Positions 57,803 through 64,000 of a DNA stretch of 64,000 bases are shown in pieces (within the stretch, counting starts at the first letter, position 1; each line of letters begins with the position of its first letter). The position numbers and the translations under genes were made by a program. Below the pieces are notes generated by a model. That model searched no databases, was not told the DNA's origin, and saw nothing but the letters and a program-made list of their open reading frames with translations. This DNA comes from Candidatus Latescibacterota bacterium (GTDB taxonomy: Bacteria > Latescibacterota > UBA2968 > UBA8231), in contig CBDETK010000013.1 in the NCBI GenBank assembly GCA_965242865.1, forward strand, positions 4,736,001 to 4,800,000. Reading direction: 5' to 3'.

Positions 57803-58870
57803 ATGCCACGTTTACTCGTCACCACGGTCGGCACATCTCTGCTCACCAACCGCGATGATCGCCCGTGGGCGGGATGGAATGGACGGGGCGGTGACCCACT
57901 GCCCGAGGCCGCGGCTGTAGATGATTGGTTGGCTGGTGCAGATGCGGTTAAAGCCAGTGCCGAGACCAATACCTTACGAGCTATTGAAGCCCAAGCCTCG
58001 GATCATCTGCTCTTTCTGCACTCCGACACGCCGGAAGGACGCTTCTGCTCGGAGCGACTGCAACACTTCTACGCTGAGGTGGTGAAGTGCCGCGACATCG
58101 CCGGGCGTTCGCTAACCGCTTTGGGGTATGCCCACCCCAGTTTCTCGCAAAAGGGATTGAAAATCTTGGTGCAAGAGGCTATCGAAGCCGTGAAGCAGGC
58201 GCGTAATAAAACGCTTCAACCCGTGTTTTGCGCCACGGGTGGCTTCAAGGCCGAAATCGCCTTTCTCAATCTATTGGGTGCCTTGCTTGAAGTCGAGGTG
58301 TACTACATCCACGAGCAATTTCGAGAAATTGTTCGCTTACCTCGCTTGCCCTTGGGTTGGAATACGGAATGGGTGCTGCAACGCCAAAAATTTTTTGAAT
58401 GGATCGATGAAGAGCCGCGTCCGAGTGCGGAGGTGGCGAGCCGACTAAGAGCCGATCCAGAACTCCAGCCGCTCGTCGAAGATGCTGGCGATGGCTACTC
58501 GTTCCTCAATGCTGCTGGCGACTTGCTGTTTCGCGCTGCCAAAGAACTTGGCCCCCGTGCGACTTGGCCGGCTGCGGTGGCGAGTCCACCGGACGAAAAG
58601 GACGGCCTCTCCAGTGAGGGACACCACCGTCCGAGAGGTTGGGAGAATTTCGTCCAGCGTCTTTGTCAGATCGATTGCGTAAGCCGGGTTTCTTACGAGG
58701 AGGCCGCTTATGGCGGTCAAGAGGTTAAGATACTCGACCGTGCCAACGGCGTCATCGCGGTGCGATATGGCCCAAGGGGCGAGGAGTTGCCCTTGCGTGT
58801 TGAAACGTCTGCTCGCGGGGCGGCCCAAACGGAATTGGTTGAGGAATACATTGCACAGCGTATCCTATAG
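57803..58870 (+). CDS. APE2256-family CARF protein with C-terminal domain
   Basis: TTVGTSLL, SAE.N.L, HSDT.EG, ATGGFKAE, YYIHE.F. Confidence 0.85.
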   Translation: MPRLLVTTVGTSLLTNRDDRPWAGWNGRGGDPLPEAAAVDDWLAGADAVKASAETNTLRAIEAQASDHLLFLHSDTPEGRFCSERLQHFYAEVVKCRDIAGRSLTALGYAHPSFSQKGLKILVQEAIEAVKQARNKTLQPVFCATGGFKAEIAFLNLLGALLEVEVYYIHEQFREIVRLPRLPLGWNTEWVLQRQKFFEWIDEEPRPSAEVASRLRADPELQPLVEDAGDGYSFLNAAGDLLFRAAKELGPRATWPAAVASPPDEKDGLSSEGHHRPRGWENFVQRLCQIDCVSRVSYEEAAYGGQEVKILDRANGVIAVRYGPRGEELPLRVETSARGAAQTELVEEYIAQRIL

Positions 58871-58955
58871 CAATCCTACATCATTCAAGACTGGATTCCC
58901 GCTTGCGCGGGAATGACGCCTCATAGGTAAAAAAACTGTGCCGATGGGCGTTCCA
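58866..58955. mobile_element. MITE family B, copy 2 (right end missing)
   Basis: TATAGCAATCCTACATC...CTGGATTCCCGC..GCGGGAATGACGCCTC..AAAAAA..GTGCCGATG matches the 49531 copy. Confidence 0.7.
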
Positions 58956-58983
58956 GCGGATTTACTAATGGAATTTTCCCCCC

Positions 58984-60015
58984 ATGCCTACCCTATACGT
59001 CACCGAACCTAGATCGGTCGTCCGGCGGTCAGTCGGCTCGGTCGTGGTAACGCTCACTGAGGACCCCGACGGGCCGGGGCCGCTGCCAGAGCGGCGGCGG
59101 CGTTTGCTCGAAGTCGAGCCGCACCGGCTAGAATTGATCGCCTTGGTGGGCCGCGTTCACATCACGGCCGACGCGCTCCAACTCTGCCTAGAGCAAGGGA
59201 TTGCGGTCGCTTGGCTGCGGGCCAATGGGAGCTTTATGGGCCGCCTCGTGCCGGAGCTGTCGCGCACGGCCGACCTGCGCTTGGCGCAGTTTCGCATGGC
59301 CGACGACGAGCCGCAGGCCCTAGCGCTGGCTCAGACTTTTGTCGCGGCCAAGCTCCACAATGCGGTTGGCCTGCTGACGGCTTTGCGCTCCAATCGCCGG
59401 GCGCAGCCTGCTTTGGGGCAGGCCATCGGCGCACTCAAGGCCATGGTCGATGGGGTGTCCGAGACGAAGAGCCGGGAGGTGCTGCTGGGTTTTGAGGGCG
59501 ATGCGGCTCGGCGTTATTTTACAGCACTGCGGCTTGGTTTTACCGGTTCTATCGCCTTTACGGGTCGCGCTCGCCGTCCGCCGCCGGACCCGGCCAATGC
59601 CTTGCTGTCGTTTGGCTACGTGTTGCTGGCCAATGTCTTGGCGAGCCTGCTGGAGGCCAGCGGCTTTGATCCCTACTTGGGTTTTATGCACGCGGTCCGT
59701 TCCGGGCGGCCCAGCTTGGCACTCGACCTTTTGGAGGAACTGCGGCATCCCGTCGTGGATCGCTTTGTGCTGCGAGTGTGCAACCGAGGCCAGTTGCGTC
59801 CCGAGCATTTTGAGACCGATGCCGAGCGGGGCGGTGTGCGCCTCACCCGTGCGGGGCTGCGGATTTTCTTTCGCACGTGGGAAGCCTTTATGGACGCCCC
59901 GCTACCGGGGATTGGCGAAGAGTTGTCGCCGGAAGAATTGCTGCGCCGTCAGGTTGACCGCTTGGCGGCCCATCTGCGCGACCAAGTGCCGTACCAACCG
60001 TTGCTGTTGCGCTGA
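58984..60015 (+). CDS. cas1: CRISPR-associated endonuclease Cas1
   Basis: LYVTE, GFEG.AARRYF, RRPPPDP.NALLSFGY, GFMH, LALDLLEE.R. Confidence 0.95.
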   Translation: MPTLYVTEPRSVVRRSVGSVVVTLTEDPDGPGPLPERRRRLLEVEPHRLELIALVGRVHITADALQLCLEQGIAVAWLRANGSFMGRLVPELSRTADLRLAQFRMADDEPQALALAQTFVAAKLHNAVGLLTALRSNRRAQPALGQAIGALKAMVDGVSETKSREVLLGFEGDAARRYFTALRLGFTGSIAFTGRARRPPPDPANALLSFGYVLLANVLASLLEASGFDPYLGFMHAVRSGRPSLALDLLEELRHPVVDRFVLRVCNRGQLRPEHFETDAERGGVRLTRAGLRIFFRTWEAFMDAPLPGIGEELSPEELLRRQVDRLAAHLRDQVPYQPLLLR

Positions 60016-60025
60016 GGAGTCTTGC

Positions 60026-60313
60026 ATGTCTCGCTTTGTCGTGTGCTACGATGTGGCCAACAGCACCCGCCGCTACAAGGTGGCCGCCTGCTTGGATGGG
60101 TATGGCGACCGCGTGCAGGACAGCGTATTCGAGCTGCCAGTCAATCGCCTCCTCTTGGATCAATGCCTAGCCGAGGTCGTTGGCCTAATCAATGCGGCTG
60201 AGGACAGTGTGATCATCTATCGGCTCTGCGCGGCCTGCGAGAAAGAGCGGGTCTATTTGGGCGTGGGCGAACAAGGCGCCCATATTGGCGAGGAGGATGT
60301 ATTCATCGCATGA
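60026..60313 (+). CDS. cas2: CRISPR-associated endonuclease Cas2
   Basis: VVCYDV, YGDRVQDSVFE, EDSV.IY.LC; GAGGAG RBS. Confidence 0.95.
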   Translation: MSRFVVCYDVANSTRRYKVAACLDGYGDRVQDSVFELPVNRLLLDQCLAEVVGLINAAEDSVIIYRLCAACEKERVYLGVGEQGAHIGEEDVFIA

Positions 60314-60506
60314 ACAGTCGTAACCTCGGATGGCCCGTCTATTTCCTCGGAGTTACGAATTTGGCTAACCGATTGAAATTTCTGCAATTCGGTATCATCA
60401 GCCGGATCGAAGACCGCCGTGATAGGCGTTGTTCGTCGCGCTGGCCACTCGATTACGAAAAGTGTTCCCGTAACCTCTTGCAAGACAAGGAGAACTATGG
60501 CATACT
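60314..60506 (+). promoter_or_regulatory. CRISPR leader
   Basis: AT-richer non-coding stretch between cas2 and the first repeat. Confidence 0.7.
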
Positions 60507-63500
60507 ATTTGAAGTGTTGACCCGATTTCTAGGGGATTGAAACTCAATGAAAAAGTAATGCACCAAAGAGCAACGGTATTCAGATTTGAAGTGTTGACCC
60601 GATTTCTAGGGGATTGAAACTGCTCGCCATCGACCAAGACGGCGGACAACCCGAAGCGATTATTTGAAGTGTTGACCCGATTTCTAGGGGATTGAAACTC
60701 ATGGGGGCGTTGATGGGGGATGGGATTTAATGGATACGCATTTGAAGTGTTGACCCGATTTCTAGGGGATTGAAACGAAGAGAGGCATGACGCACCCAAA
60801 GAGGCAGAGCTAGCCCATTTGAAGTGTTGACCCGATTTCTAGGGGATTGAAACGGGTGTGATTGGATTTTGCTTGCCGCGCCGCGCCTTGACAATTTGAA
60901 GTGTTGACCCGATTTCTAGGGGATTGAAACTATCCGCATCGCGGATTGGCACATTCAAATTCGCAACATTTGAAGTGTTGACCCGATTTCTAGGGGATTG
61001 AAACCGGTGGGCGACTTCGACCGCGCGGCTGAGGAGATGCTCGAATTTGAAGTGTTGACCCGATTTCTAGGGGATTGAAACAAATATGCACTTGACGCTC
61101 TAAATCAAATGCCGCGCACAAATTTGAAGTGTTGACCCGATTTCTAGGGGATTGAAACGAAAAGGCAAAAACCGCTTGACCAACGTGAGAGGGTTGTTAT
61201 TTGAAGTGTTGACCCGATTTCTAGGGGATTGAAACCCCTTTTTTTTAACGTATTGCGGGGCAATCGTTTATGCCATATTTGAAGTGTTGACCCGATTTCT
61301 AGGGGATTGAAACAACACGCCGCCGCGCCCCAAACTCCGAAGTCCTTAGGATTTGAAGTGTTGACCCGATTTCTAGGGGATTGAAACCCGGCACCACCAT
61401 CAGCGTAGTGGTGCTCATTGGCCTTAATTTGAAGTGTTGACCCGATTTCTAGGGGATTGAAACGGCTGCGCCCGCATTTTTGCGATCAATTCTTTGTGCG
61501 TCATCATTTGAAGTGTTGACCCGATTTCTAGGGGATTGAAACTAAGGGAGGGGTTATCCAGCAGTAAGGAACCAGCGTCGAATTTGAAGTGTTGACCCGA
61601 TTTCTAGGGGATTGAAACGGTTCATCTCCCCCTTGCGCGCCATCCTCACGGGTTTGCTATTTGAAGTGTTGACCCGATTTCTAGGGGATTGAAACCTTAA
61701 CGTAGTGGCTCGCCGTCTGGTCCAAGTGGACATAATTTGAAGTGTTGACCCGATTTCTAGGGGATTGAAACGGTCCACGCCAGCAGACTGGGCTTCCACG
61801 CTGGCGGCGCAATTTGAAGTGTTGACCCGATTTCTAGGGGATTGAAACTGTTCATCCTCCGCACCGTCCGCGACGCGCGGAGCGCGACATTTGAAGTGTT
61901 GACCCGATTTCTAGGGGATTGAAACGGCCCTATTTTTGTGCTGTTGACTTACACTCTTTAGTGTAATTTGAAGTGTTGACCCGATTTCTAGGGGATTGAA
62001 ACCGGCGGATCAGTGGCGGCCACCGTTGGTTACATCGTGGTATTTGAAGTGTTGACCCGATTTCTAGGGGATTGAAACATAGACGCCGGCCCGACACGCG
62101 CACACGGAGAATTGAGATTTGAAGTGTTGACCCGATTTCTAGGGGATTGAAACATGATGAGAGCAAAGCCGCCCCCGAGCGCGAGTACCATTTGAAGTGT
62201 TGACCCGATTTCTAGGGGATTGAAACCACAAACAAGCCCTTCGGGCTTGTCTCCAGCCCTGTTGTTATTTGAAGTGTTGACCCGATTTCTAGGGGATTGA
62301 AACATACTTTCAAAGTTTCCTGCCTTGAAATTCTGAGCGTGGTATTTGAAGTGTTGACCCGATTTCTAGGGGATTGAAACTCGAATACCTTGAATGCGAT
62401 GACGGCCATGACGAGAGATTTGAAGTGTTGACCCGATTTCTAGGGGATTGAAACTTTCTCAGATTCATGGAGTGACGCTTCGAATGTGCTATTTGAAGTG
62501 TTGACCCGATTTCTAGGGGATTGAAACAAGGAGCGGTTCCCGTGGAGCAAAGCCCTTTCTCAGAACCATTTGAAGTGTTGACCCGATTTCTAGGGGATTG
62601 AAACCGAGGAGCTGCTGGGGGCGAAATTGATTTAAATACGCATTTGAAGTGTTGACCCGATTTCTAGGGGATTGAAACGACGTATATGATGGCCGAGTTG
62701 GCGCACCGTGTGGTCGAGCGTGGCGGCATTTGAAGTGTTGACCCGATTTCTAGGGGATTGAAACCCCGATCAGCGCATGGCTATCCGCATCCTGCATCCA
62801 AATTTGAAGTGTTGACCCGATTTCTAGGGGATTGAAACATAGATCCGCCGGCCGCGGCGATAATGGGTGATCGGCTCCATTTGAAGTGTTGACCCGATTT
62901 CTAGGGGATTGAAACATCCCGATGGATGATGGCTATCTGCGATTCGGGGATGCGATTTGAAGTGTTGACCCGATTTCTAGGGGATTGAAACCCACACGTT
63001 CCCGATAGCGATCTCCGCAGCACCGCTGTTGTATTTGAAGTGTTGACCCGATTTCTAGGGGATTGAAACATCTGGTTGCCCATAAGCATAATCAGACTCG
63101 CAGCCGACATTTGAAGTGTTGACCCGATTTCTAGGGGATTGAAACCGTGTGAGTGTGAGTGGGTTATTCAAAGCATCGATATTTGTTATTTGAAGTGTTG
63201 ACCCGATTTCTAGGGGATTGAAACTGGGCTTTAGGCCGGATGAGGCGAGGCCATCGGACGACATTTGAAGTGTTGACCCGATTTCTAGGGGATTGAAACT
63301 CGCCCTTTGGTTTGCCGCCACGCCCGCCAGCGCGGTCAACCCATTTGAAGTGTTGACCCGATTTCTAGGGGATTGAAACGGTCGCAGTGCTGTTCTCGCC
63401 AGCGATCCATCGGTTCACATTTGAAGTGTTGACCCGATTTCTAGGGGATTGAAACCGGACGAACACGACGACCTGATCGAGATAGCCGCCCGCTGTCTGG

Positions 63501-64000
63501 TCAATTTGAAGTGTTGACCCGATTTCTAGGGGATTGAAACCGGGACAGGTCGTCGGCGGCAAACTGTCGCCGCAAGTAGAATTTGAAGTGTTGACCCGAT
63601 TTCTAGGGGATTGAAACACAGATGCTGAGAGCCGTTGCAGCCAACTAATCGACATTCGATTTGAAGTGTTGACCCGATTTCTAGGGGATTGAAACCACCG
63701 CCTGTGCGCCTTGTGGAACGATGCGGGCCCGTGGGATTTGAAGTGTTGACCCGATTTCTAGGGGATTGAAACTCGGTCGATCCCGAAACCTACGGCAAAC
63801 TACAGCCGTACATTTGAAGTGTTGACCCGATTTCTAGGGGATTGAAACTTCGAGCACCCATCTTTGTCCATTCGATCTTCTGCACTTCATTTGAAGTGTT
63901 GACCCGATTTCTAGGGGATTGAAACTGGGCGATCCGATAGACCCCACCAACACAAACTCCTCTGAAAATTTGAAGTGTTGACCCGATTTCTAGGGGATTG
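60507..64000 (+). CRISPR. CRISPR array, 37-nt repeat, at least 46 repeats (last one cut by the window edge)
   Basis: ATTTGAAGTGTTGACCCGATTTCTAGGGGATTGAAAC invariant; spacers ~36-49 nt; 3' ATTGAAAC gives + orientation. Confidence 0.99.

Noticed and set aside
58984-60015. RT-Cas1 or Cas4-Cas1 fusion that could explain long inserts
   Set aside because: Cas1 is 343 aa with no YADD motif or Cas4 Cys cluster; no RT, integrase or transposase is visible in the window.
60931-60967. Spacer resembling the III-D cas10 at ~51161-51181 (GCGGAyTGGCACATTC)
   Set aside because: Only ~15/16 nt match, and it is the same sense as the mRNA, so it is not a type III target; chance is plausible.
62765-62954. Two spacers sharing CCCGAT...ATGGCTATC
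   Set aside because: The match is short and the reverse-strand translations are not homologous.
60310-63655. ORFs across the leader and array (FQSPRNRVNTSN repeats)
   Set aside because: Translation artefacts of the repeat.

Overview
High-GC bacterial chromosome window. A 'WGxxK' C-terminal motif, FG-GAP/ASPIC, LRR-YWTD and sulfatase genes suggest a Latescibacterota/Poribacteria-like host (inference). Bases 1-32.5 kb hold secreted and lipoprotein genes, catabolic enzymes, a Fic protein and many small palindromic repeats and MITEs. Bases 32.6-64 kb are a defence locus, in order: AAA-ATPase/PD-(D/E)XK gene, frameshifted cas6, a methyltransferase plus Bpu10I-like endonuclease, a type III-A (csm) module with Csx1, a type III-D module with an APE2256-type CARF protein, cas1, cas2, and an array of at least 46 repeats running off the window. 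The most unusual feature is a 3,979-bp segment (34083-38061) bounded by a 214-bp direct duplication. Inside it, single copies of the CRISPR repeat separate gene-sized, AT-richer inserts (1409, 1190 and 478 bp), each carrying one co-oriented ORF, like a CRISPR array whose spacers are gene cassettes. All family assignments come from motif recognition by eye, not database searches.
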